From a bacterium (GTDB taxonomy: Bacteria > Eisenbacteria > RBG-16-71-46), in the NCBI GenBank assembly GCA_031408715.1, contig JANNWR010000124.1, positions 8,021 through 72,020 on the forward strand: DNA of 64,000 bases, given 5' to 3'. Every line of letters starts with the position of its first letter. The first letter of the stretch is position 1. A model generated the notes under the pieces. The model was not told the origin of the DNA. It made no database searches and saw only the letters and a program-made list of their open reading frames with translations. Positions 22,179 through 29,880 of the stretch are shown here, one piece after another. The position numbers were made by a program, and so were the translations under genes.

Positions 22179-23954
22179 CTAGCACCCGAGCGTCTTCATG
22201 CCCTTGGTGGCATTGGACTCACTCGGATCGATCTCGAGCACCTTCTTGTAATAGAAGCAGGCCTTCTCCCGGCTGCCTGAGTTCTGGTAGGCCTGCGCCA
22301 GCCAGATGCACGTCTGCTTGTCCTTGGGATTGATCGCGAACGCGTGCTCGAGGTTCTCGATCGCGCTCGGCCAGTCCTTCTTGAGCAATGGACGGTAGCC
22401 GAGCTGCTGCCAGGCGGTCGCCGCGTTCTTGCTGGTGGAATCCACCTCGACCGTCGCTCGGAACTCCTCGAGCGCCGCGTCCGTGGAATCCGCTTGGGAT
22501 AGTGTGACGGCCAGCCAGAAATGACGGTCGCCCTTGGTGGGAGCCAAGGTCGCCGCCTGACGCAGCGCGGTGATCGCCTCGGGAAGCAGCTTCGACTCCT
22601 TGTAGGACAAGCCTAGGTAGTAGTATGCCTCGTCCGAGGTCCCGTCAAGTGCGATTCGGCGCTGCAACGTGATGATGGCGTTGGGGTAATCCTTGAGCCG
22701 GTACTGCGACTTGGCGCGCTCCAGCACCGCGAATCGGGCGTCGCTCGAGGTGGAATCCTTGTCGATCAGGGCCTGGTAGACCGAGTCGGCGGCTGCGGCG
22801 TTCCCGAGGAAGGCGTGGACCTGGGCCAGCTTCATCAGGTCCGTACTGTTGGGCTCGCCGTTCTTGATGGCGTCGAGGGCCCCTTGCCAGTCCTTCTTCT
22901 CCACCTTGACCCGGAACAGGATCGTGTACATGTCTTTCGACTTGTCCCCCAGATCCATCGCCTTCTGCAGCGCGACCTGGGCGGCGTCCTTGTCGCGCAG
23001 GTGGAACAGGTCGCGTCCGAGCAGCGACCAGCCCTTGGGGTCGTTCGGCATGAGCTGGGTGTACTTCTCGAGCAGCGGCCGGGCCTCGGTGTAGTAGGCC
23101 GGCTGCGCCTGACCGGCGCGATAGTAGATGTCTCCGAGCGCCAACTGCGCACCCGCGAACTCCGGATTCTTGTCTGCCACCCACCGGTACTGCGCGATGG
23201 CATCCGAGTACCGCTGGTCGAACGCCAGCGCACGGCCCAGCGCGAAGCGCAGGTCGATGTCGGTGGAATCCAGTGCCACGGCCTTCTCGTACTCGGGGAT
23301 CGCCAGTGCGCCGATGCCGCGCTTCAGGTAGAAGTCGCCGAGTGCCCGGTTCGTGATCGGGTCTTCCGGAGCGGCCTCCCGTGCCTGCGTGAAGTAGATG
23401 CCGGCATCGCGTAGTGAGTCTCGCGCCATCTCGACGAAACCGAGCTGAACGAGAAAGCGTGGCTTCCACTTGGGACCCCAGTTGAGTCCGGGATTGAGCG
23501 CCGTGACGGCCTCGTCGAAACGTTTGAGCTGCGTCAGGCAGTCGCCGAGTGCGAGTTGGGCGTCCGGATACTTGCGGTCGAGCTCGACCGCGCGCTTGAA
23601 GTTCGGCAGGGCCGACGCGAAGTCCTCATTGCGGCGTGCGATCTCACCGACACCCCACCACGACACCGACAGGTTGGCGTCCATCTTCTGCGCGATCTCG
23701 AACGCCTCGAGCGCTTTCTCGTAGTTGCGACGGCGCAACCACACCAGTCCCACACCGGCCCGGCCTTCAGCGTAGCCCTGGGCCGAAGCCTTCTCGAACA
23801 ACTGTAACGCCTCGTCGTAACGACCCGCGGCGAGTGCGGTTCGGCCATCCTTCAGCTCGTCGGCGCGCACGCTGGTGGACGAACACGCGGCCAGCGAGGC
23901 GGACAGGACCACGAACTGCATGGCCCGGGCGAGATTGCGGAGGGTGTTGTTCAT
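22179..23954 (-). CDS. Tetratricopeptide-repeat lipoprotein, 591 aa
   Basis: The ATG at 23954 gives MNNTLRNLARAMQFVVLSASLAACSS, a signal peptide with a lipobox. Many TPR-like units follow (e.g. ALQLFEKASAQGYAEG, YEKALEAFEIAQKMDAN, ACFYYKKVLEIDPS). The longer ORF to 24038 would overlap the upstream gene. Confidence 0.8.
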   Translation of the reverse strand: MNNTLRNLARAMQFVVLSASLAACSSTSVRADELKDGRTALAAGRYDEALQLFEKASAQGYAEGRAGVGLVWLRRRNYEKALEAFEIAQKMDANLSVSWWGVGEIARRNEDFASALPNFKRAVELDRKYPDAQLALGDCLTQLKRFDEAVTALNPGLNWGPKWKPRFLVQLGFVEMARDSLRDAGIYFTQAREAAPEDPITNRALGDFYLKRGIGALAIPEYEKAVALDSTDIDLRFALGRALAFDQRYSDAIAQYRWVADKNPEFAGAQLALGDIYYRAGQAQPAYYTEARPLLEKYTQLMPNDPKGWSLLGRDLFHLRDKDAAQVALQKAMDLGDKSKDMYTILFRVKVEKKDWQGALDAIKNGEPNSTDLMKLAQVHAFLGNAAAADSVYQALIDKDSTSSDARFAVLERAKSQYRLKDYPNAIITLQRRIALDGTSDEAYYYLGLSYKESKLLPEAITALRQAATLAPTKGDRHFWLAVTLSQADSTDAALEEFRATVEVDSTSKNAATAWQQLGYRPLLKKDWPSAIENLEHAFAINPKDKQTCIWLAQAYQNSGSREKACFYYKKVLEIDPSESNATKGMKTLGC

Positions 23955-23976
23955 AAGCTCGGGGTACTCTCTCCTC

Positions 23977-24960
23977 TCAATGCGATCCCAGCAACGGGGA
24001 ACGGCGAACGAAGCGCAACGGCACGGCCGTCGGGACACGGCCGCTCGCCAGCACCAACTCCTGGCCAGGCTGACTGGAGACGAAGGTCACGAATCCGCCC
24101 GCGAGCCGGGAAGGGCGGGTACGGATGAACAGGTTCACGTAACGACTGAGCGGATAGCTGCCATCGTGCACGGATTCCATGTCCGGGTCCACGTAGGTCG
24201 TGCCCTCGAGCGCCGCGATCGCCAGCGCTCGGACGCGCCGATCACCCGTCGCGAGCGCCAGCGGCACGACTCCGAACGCGCCCGGAGTATCGCGCACACG
24301 CTCGACGACCGCGGAATCCGAGTCCTCGACGATGGCCGCGGCCCGCACCGGCTCGCCCGCCATGACGCGGCGCGCGAAGGCGCGCGCCAGGTCCCCGGAC
24401 AACGGCGGCAGTACGGGCACGATGCGCTCGTCGCGCCCACCGAGGGCTCCCCATTGCGTGAGCTCACCGCGCAGGATGCGCTGCAGTTCACCGAGCGTCA
24501 CATTGCGGACCGGGTTCGATGCGCGCACGACCACGCACATGCCATCCTGTGCGATCCGGTGCCCCTCGAGCTCGATGCCGTTCTGGCTGGCCATGCGACG
24601 TTCCTCGTCCTCCAGTTCGCGACCCGCAGCCGCGACATCCGCGCGACCACCGAGTAGCTCCGATATCACCTGGGCCGAGGACTCCGGGTCGCGCACCGTG
24701 CAGCGGGCCTGCGGATAGCCAGCCTGGAACGCCTCGACCTGTGCCAGCACCAGCGCCCGGACATCCGGGGCCGCGGCGATGGAGATACGCCCGCTGGTCT
24801 CGGAATCTTCCACGGGATCTGCGGGCTCGCGCCGGCCACAGCCCACGAGCAAGAGGCTGGCGAAGACGGGCACGAGCAATCCACGGGCCGGCAGGAGCCG
24901 GGAGCAGCGGGGGCCCGGGACGACGAAGTGCGCCAAGTTTATGGACGGTTGGCCGAACAT
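23977..24960 (-). CDS. PstS-family (PBP-like_2) substrate-binding lipoprotein, not linked to pstCAB
   Basis: Lipobox LLLVGC. Type-2 periplasmic binding fold motifs include ISIAAAPDV..., NPVRNVTLGELQRILRGELTQW and YPLSRYVNLF. Confidence 0.7.
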   Translation of the reverse strand: MFGQPSINLAHFVVPGPRCSRLLPARGLLVPVFASLLLVGCGRREPADPVEDSETSGRISIAAAPDVRALVLAQVEAFQAGYPQARCTVRDPESSAQVISELLGGRADVAAAGRELEDEERRMASQNGIELEGHRIAQDGMCVVVRASNPVRNVTLGELQRILRGELTQWGALGGRDERIVPVLPPLSGDLARAFARRVMAGEPVRAAAIVEDSDSAVVERVRDTPGAFGVVPLALATGDRRVRALAIAALEGTTYVDPDMESVHDGSYPLSRYVNLFIRTRPSRLAGGFVTFVSSQPGQELVLASGRVPTAVPLRFVRRSPLLGSH

Positions 24961-25083
24961 GTCAATCAGAAGTGGCTCGCACGATGGACTTCGGGACGAC
25001 GATCAGGAGGGCAGGCCCTCCCGGCCACCGGTCACGGGTTCTCCCCCGCTTGGACACCAGCGTGAGGCATCAGAAGCCGCCGA

Positions 25084-25112
25084 ACACTAGGAAGCTGTGT
25101 GCGGGGTGTCAA
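25084..25112 (-). promoter_or_regulatory. Sigma70-like promoter candidate (TTGACA-N17-TAGTGT) for the PstS-like/TPR/STAS/Ton operon
   Basis: On the minus strand, TTGACA lies at 25112-25107 and TAGTGT at 25089-25084. This would give a leader of about 115 nt. Motif match only. Confidence 0.35.
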
Positions 25113-25197
25113 GATTCGGCAAGTCCCTGCGGGCATGCGCCGAGACGCAGGGCCGAGCCCACCCACCCGCGCCTCGACCGCGCCGTCGGGCTGGAAG

Positions 25198-26538
25198 TTA
25201 CGGGGTCAGCCGGTAGAGCATGCGCGCGAACGCCGCGCTCTCGCGGACGTGGTCGAGCCCCGCGAGCCAGCACAAGGTGCGCTCGATGCCGATGCCGAAG
25301 CCCGAGTGCGGGACCGAGCCGTAACGACGAAGATCCTTGTACCATTCGAACGCCGCATGAGGCAGACCGTGCTCATCGATACGGCTGTTGAGCAGGTCCA
25401 GGTTCGACATGCGCTGGCCACTGCCGATGATCTCGCCATAACCTTCCGGAGCGAGCACATCGCACGACAGCGACAGCCTCGGGTCGGCCGGGTCCGGTTC
25501 CATGTAGAACGCTTTCACGGCAGCCGGGTAGTTCGTGACCATGAGCGGCGAATCGTAGCGATTGGACAGCTCGGTCTCGTCGGGGGCGCCGAGATCGCCA
25601 CCCCACTCGAACTCGCGCCCGGCGTCCTTGAGGATCTTCACCGCGTCGTTGTAGTGCAGGCGCGGGAACGGGGCCGTCACGCGTTCGAGCTTGGCGGTGT
25701 CACGTTCGACCACCTTCAGGTCTTCGCGGCAGCGATCGAGCACACGGCCGATGGTGCTCATGAGCAGACGCTCCTCGAGCTGCATGACGTCCTCGATCGT
25801 GGCCCAGGCCCACTCGGGCTCCATCATCCAGAACTCGATGAGGTGGCGCCGCGTCTTGCTCTTCTCGGCGCGAAATGCGGGGCCGAAACAATACACCCGC
25901 CCGAGCGCCATGGCTGCTGCCTCCATGTACAACTGGCCGCTCTGCGACAGGTAGGCCTTGTCGTCGAAGTACTGCGTCTCGAACAGCGTGGTCGTGCCCT
26001 CGCACGCGTTCGGCGTGAAGATGGGAGCATCGACCAGCGTGAAGCCGCTGTCGTCCATGAAGTCGCGGAACGCGCGGATGATCTCGGCACGGATGCGCAG
26101 GATCGCCTGCTGTCGCGGCGCGCGCAGCCACAGATGCCGGTGGTCCATGAGGAAGTCGACGCCGTGTTCTTTGGGAGTGATCGGATACTCCGGTGCCAGC
26201 GCGACGACCTCGAGGTGCGACAGACCGAGTTCGACACCGCCCGTCTGGCGCGCATCCGCCTTCACCGTGCCGCGCACGATGACGGCCGCTTCCTGGGTCA
26301 GTGCCGCACTGGCTTCCCACTGCTCCGCCGGAAGGTCCTTCACGCCCGCGACACACTGGATGAGGCCGCTCCCGTCGCGCAGTACGAGGAACTGCACCTT
26401 GCCGCTCGACCGCCGGTGCGTGACCCAGCCACGGACCTCGACGACAGTACCCACGTGGCTGGCGGCTTCCTTGATGCGGATCCAGGGCGTGACGCCTGCA
26501 GGCTCGATCGGAGTGCTGCCGGACTCGGACTGGGACAT
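25198..26538 (-). CDS. asnS: Asparagine--tRNA ligase
   Basis: 446 aa class IIb aaRS with an OB-fold N-terminus ([24 protein letters not shown]). Motif [21 protein letters not shown] is typical of AsnRS. C-terminal [13 protein letters not shown]. Confidence 0.9.
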   Translation of the reverse strand: MSQSESGSTPIEPAGVTPWIRIKEAASHVGTVVEVRGWVTHRRSSGKVQFLVLRDGSGLIQCVAGVKDLPAEQWEASAALTQEAAVIVRGTVKADARQTGGVELGLSHLEVVALAPEYPITPKEHGVDFLMDHRHLWLRAPRQQAILRIRAEIIRAFRDFMDDSGFTLVDAPIFTPNACEGTTTLFETQYFDDKAYLSQSGQLYMEAAAMALGRVYCFGPAFRAEKSKTRRHLIEFWMMEPEWAWATIEDVMQLEERLLMSTIGRVLDRCREDLKVVERDTAKLERVTAPFPRLHYNDAVKILKDAGREFEWGGDLGAPDETELSNRYDSPLMVTNYPAAVKAFYMEPDPADPRLSLSCDVLAPEGYGEIIGSGQRMSNLDLLNSRIDEHGLPHAAFEWYKDLRRYGSVPHSGFGIGIERTLCWLAGLDHVRESAAFARMLYRLTP

Positions 26539-26570
26539 GGCCTAGGGGACTCCCGGCAGCCGGATGGCCG

Positions 26571-26652
26571 CCAAAGCGAACGCCCCCGGGCGGCTCGAAT
26601 ACGGGGGCGGAACGGCCTCCGCACGGCTCGCGATAGCGACCGGCGCGGAGGC
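26571..26652 (-). promoter_or_regulatory. Structured element in the putative asnS leader: a long hairpin plus a terminator-like hairpin
   Basis: Hairpin A has arms GCCTCCGC (26615-26622) and GCGGAGGC (26645-26652), with a further inner stem. Hairpin B has arms CGCCCCCG (26581-26588) and CGGGGGCG (26602-26609). On the minus-strand RNA, hairpin B is followed by UUCGCUUUGG (26580-26571). Confidence 0.3.
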
Positions 26653-26705
26653 GAGAAGGTTCTCAAGCGGCCGAACCGAGCCGCCGATAACGACCGCGAC
26701 CCCGG

Positions 26706-26735
26706 ACGGTACGGAGCCAACCCTCGGAGTGTCAA
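26706..26735 (-). promoter_or_regulatory. Sigma70-like promoter candidate for asnS (TTGACA-N18-TACCGT)
   Basis: On the minus strand, TTGACA lies at 26735-26730 and TACCGT at 26711-26706. This implies a leader of about 160 nt. Motif match only, and the -10 is weak. Confidence 0.3.
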
Positions 26736-26739
26736 GGGA

Positions 26740-28755
26740 ATGCACGAGCTGAAGAAGGCCAGGACGGCGAGCGCTGAGCGCGACGCGAAGTCGCGCCCCC
26801 AGCCGCGGGTGCCCCACGTCGCGCGCATGGCCGCGACGATCACACTCCTCGTGCTCGGTGGTGCGCTCCTGCTCGCGGACGTCCATCGTGCTCACGCTCA
26901 GGAACCGTTGGAAGCCACGGTCGCCCCCGCGGCCTCGGGCAGCAGTCGCACCCAGCCGGCCGACCTCCGTGATGTCGGGGCCTGGGTCGCGTGGAAGAAC
27001 GCTCAGCAGATCGACGCACTGCCGCTCGAGGCTCGGCTGTTCTATCGCCGCGGCCTGCTGGCTCGCGAAGCGGGCCAGCCGTCCGAAGCCCTCGCGAACG
27101 TGCGCGGAGCGATCGAACTCGATCCCGCGTTCCTGGAACCGCATATCACCCTGGCGAGCTGGTCGCTGTTCAGCGACCCGGCACAGACGCTCATGCACTG
27201 CGCATCGGTCGTCGACCTGTGCCGCAATGACTTCAACCTCCAGCTCGGGGCCATGGCCAGTCTGTTGATCCTCGTGATGGAGGCACTGTTCGCCGGCCTC
27301 CTGTTCTCCGGACTATTCATCGTGCTCCTGCGCCGGCACGAGCTCTCCCACAGCCTGCTCGAGCAGTTGTCGCTCACCATCTCGCACCAGACCGCGCGCT
27401 GGTGGGTGCCGGTCATCCTGCTGGTGCCGTTCCTCGCGGGGATCGGGCTCACCCTGCCCGTACTCGCGCTGCTCGCATTCCTGTGGACCGTGTTGCGCAC
27501 ACGCGAGCGCGTGCTCACCGTCCTGCTCACGATCGCGACCGTCGGCGCCCCCATCGCCTTGTCCACGCTGGATCGTTTCACGCTCGCACTCCACTCCGAC
27601 GCGCGGCCGTTCTACCAGCTGCCCCAGATCGGTGATGTGCCGTGGACCGCGAGCCGTCAGGAACTGCTTCGTGACCAAGCCCACCGGGACCCGGACGACG
27701 GCTTCGCGCAGTTCGCGCTCGGGTGGCACTCCCGCAAGGGCGGACAGCTCGCCGACGCGGAAAACGCCTATCGCGCCGCGATCAAGTCGTGGCCCGACCA
27801 GAGCGCTCCAGCCACGAACCTCGGGAACGTACTGGCCATGCGCGGACGTACCGACGAGGCGCTCGAGCTGTATGCGAAAGCCACTCAGCTCGACCCCACG
27901 GACGCCGCTGCGCACTTCAACGCCTCGCAGTTGTTGACGCGCCGGTTCGAGTACACCGCCGCGAACAACGAGCTTCGCCAGGCATCCGCGCTCGACTTCG
28001 ACATGGTGAAGCAGTACCAGACCCGTGCCGGAACCGCGGGCATGCTGCCGTTGATCGACGTCTGGCCTTCGGCCCGGTTGTTCTGGCGGACACTGAACGC
28101 CATGCCGCGGCCGCGCGGATCGCAGCCACTCCCCATGATGTTGCGCGGCCGCATGGAAGCGGTGGGCTGGCCGTTCTCGATCGCCACATTGTTCGTGCTC
28201 GCGCTGGGCGTCAGCTTTGGCCGTTGGCAACACCGCCGGTTGCCGCTGCGTGTGTGCAGCAACTGCGGCGTCATCGTCTGCCGCCGGTGTGCCAAGCGCC
28301 GTCGCGAGGCGGCCCTGTGTCCGGAATGCGATCGCATCGGGGCCGGCGCCGAGACGCACGAGTTCTCCCGCGTGCTCCTGCTGCAGCATCGCAACAAGCG
28401 CCGCGATGGCGCTCGCATCGGTCGTACGGCGGTCGCGGCGCTCATCCCCGGGTTCGGACTGCTCGCCCACGGCCGCGTGTTCGGTCCGACCGTGTTGATC
28501 GCCTTGACCTGGTTGCTGGGACGATCGGCGTTCGACTTCTCCGTCCCGTTCTCGCTCACCCCGCGACTGTCGTTTCCCGGAGGAGAGGTGCCAGCCGTCG
28601 TGCTGTTCGCCGGGCTGCTCTTTGTTTACGCCTGGTCGCTCGGAGGCTATTTCCTGACGGTGAATCGCGAGCAGCTTCGCGAGGCCCAACTTCAATCCGC
28701 CGGCCACGGGCGCCTGACGCAGTCCTCCCGTCGCGCGTCCACCCTGGCCGCCTGA
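26740..28755 (+). CDS. Polytopic membrane protein with TPR repeats and a cytoplasmic Cys-rich zinc-ribbon, 671 aa
   Basis: This is the 3' part of ORF 25099..28755. The first 1.6 kb of that ORF is antisense to asnS and is not credible. I took the ATG at 26740 (an AAGGGA lies just upstream); an alternative ATG is at 26827. TPR-like segments include AENAYRAAIKSWPDQSAPATNLGNVLAMRGRTDEALELYAKATQLDP. Several hydrophobic helices are present, and the Cys-rich motif is CSNCGVIVCRRCAKRRREAALCPECD. Confidence 0.7.
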   Translation: MHELKKARTASAERDAKSRPQPRVPHVARMAATITLLVLGGALLLADVHRAHAQEPLEATVAPAASGSSRTQPADLRDVGAWVAWKNAQQIDALPLEARLFYRRGLLAREAGQPSEALANVRGAIELDPAFLEPHITLASWSLFSDPAQTLMHCASVVDLCRNDFNLQLGAMASLLILVMEALFAGLLFSGLFIVLLRRHELSHSLLEQLSLTISHQTARWWVPVILLVPFLAGIGLTLPVLALLAFLWTVLRTRERVLTVLLTIATVGAPIALSTLDRFTLALHSDARPFYQLPQIGDVPWTASRQELLRDQAHRDPDDGFAQFALGWHSRKGGQLADAENAYRAAIKSWPDQSAPATNLGNVLAMRGRTDEALELYAKATQLDPTDAAAHFNASQLLTRRFEYTAANNELRQASALDFDMVKQYQTRAGTAGMLPLIDVWPSARLFWRTLNAMPRPRGSQPLPMMLRGRMEAVGWPFSIATLFVLALGVSFGRWQHRRLPLRVCSNCGVIVCRRCAKRRREAALCPECDRIGAGAETHEFSRVLLLQHRNKRRDGARIGRTAVAALIPGFGLLAHGRVFGPTVLIALTWLLGRSAFDFSVPFSLTPRLSFPGGEVPAVVLFAGLLFVYAWSLGGYFLTVNREQLREAQLQSAGHGRLTQSSRRASTLAA

Positions 28756-28762
28756 GGCGAAC

Positions 28763-29851
28763 ATGGCTCTGCAAGGCAACCTGCGCGACTTCTCAGCCAT
28801 GGAAATCCTACAGTTGGTGGGATCTCAAAAGAAGTCCGGCTGCCTGGTCATGGAATGGAACACGGAGCGCTTCCAGGTCTGGGTGACCGACGGCCGCGTC
28901 GTCTCGACGCGCCAGCCGGGACTTGCGAAGGACGATTCTTTGGGATCGTTCCTGAGGAAGATCCACCGGCTCTCGGACGAGCAGTTCCGTGGTCTGGTGA
29001 CCATCCAGAAGGAATCCGGCCGCGACCTCGAGGACCTGCTGGTCAAGGGCCGCTACCTCGAGTCCGAGGAGCTTGCGCCCCTGGTGGAACGCCAGATCCT
29101 CGACGACCTGTCCAAGTTGGTGCGCTGGGAGAACGGCAGCTATCGCTTCGACCCGAATACCAAATGGCCCGGCGAAACGCTGGTCTCGCTCAGCATGGAG
29201 AGCGTGATGATGGAGGCGGCGCGCCGGGTCGACGAGGCCAAGCGCTTCGTAACCGTGTTCCGCGATCCGCACCAACTGCTCGGCGTACGCGACCTGCCCG
29301 ACCCGGACGAGCCGCTGTCCGAGGAAGAACGCGAGATCTTCGGGATCGTCGATGGCCAGCACACCGTGGCGCAGGTGGTCGAGGCCGCTCCGCTCAGCGA
29401 GTACGAGACCTACGAAGCGCTGCAGCGCATGGTCGATTCGAACTGGCTCGAGTTCGTCGGCCGCCGCGACCCGGGCTATGTCCCTCCCGTGACGCCGATC
29501 GCGCCGCCGCTGCGCAGCACGCACCGATCTCCCGCCTGGATGCGTGAAGTCGGCGTTGGCGCTGCGGTCCTGGTGACCGTGGCACTTGCCCGGCTGAGCT
29601 CCTCGCACGTGCCGCACATGAGCGCTGCGGTGGCGGGCGAAGACGTCTACGCCGGCGCTGAGATCCGGGACCTGCGCGCGACGCTCGAACTGTTCGCGCG
29701 GGAACGCGGCAGCTATCCGCGCCGGCTCGAGGACCTGACCGACGACCGCTGGCTGACAGAGGCGCAGCTGCACCCGCCGGGTTACGTGCTGCGGTACCGC
29801 ATGATCGACGGCGGCCGCGACTACGAACTGGCCCTGCAGGCCGACCGCTAG
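28763..29851 (+). CDS. DUF4388-domain protein with a C-terminal TM helix and a small extracytoplasmic domain
   Basis: N-terminus MALQGNLRDFSAMEILQLVGSQKKSGCLVME matches the DUF4388 (PatA-N-like) signature G.L......E+LQL....+.+G.L. A TM helix VGVGAAVLVTVALARL lies near residue 270. The start is 7 nt after the upstream stop. Confidence 0.7.
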   Translation: MALQGNLRDFSAMEILQLVGSQKKSGCLVMEWNTERFQVWVTDGRVVSTRQPGLAKDDSLGSFLRKIHRLSDEQFRGLVTIQKESGRDLEDLLVKGRYLESEELAPLVERQILDDLSKLVRWENGSYRFDPNTKWPGETLVSLSMESVMMEAARRVDEAKRFVTVFRDPHQLLGVRDLPDPDEPLSEEEREIFGIVDGQHTVAQVVEAAPLSEYETYEALQRMVDSNWLEFVGRRDPGYVPPVTPIAPPLRSTHRSPAWMREVGVGAAVLVTVALARLSSSHVPHMSAAVAGEDVYAGAEIRDLRATLELFARERGSYPRRLEDLTDDRWLTEAQLHPPGYVLRYRMIDGGRDYELALQADR

Positions 29852-29880
29852 CCCGCTCCACGAACATCGGAGTCCGTGCT

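Noticed and set aside
23977-24960. Canonical high-affinity phosphate ABC transporter (pstSCAB) or Pho regulon locus.
   Set aside because: Only the PstS-family binding protein is present. No pstC, pstA, pstB or phoU are adjacent, and I saw no Pho-box-like direct repeats upstream. It is more likely a component of the Ton-associated cluster.
26539-26700. T-box riboswitch in the asnS leader.
   Set aside because: Hairpins are present, but I could not find the conserved T-box sequence or a specifier-loop-like arrangement. I kept it only as a generic attenuator candidate.
25099-26739. The 5' 1.6 kb of ORF 25099..28755, which would give a 1218-aa protein.
   Set aside because: This portion is antisense to asnS and has Arg/Asp/His-rich nonsense-like composition. 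Protein-like sequence (TM helices, TPR) begins only after 26740, so the gene was trimmed to 26740..28755.
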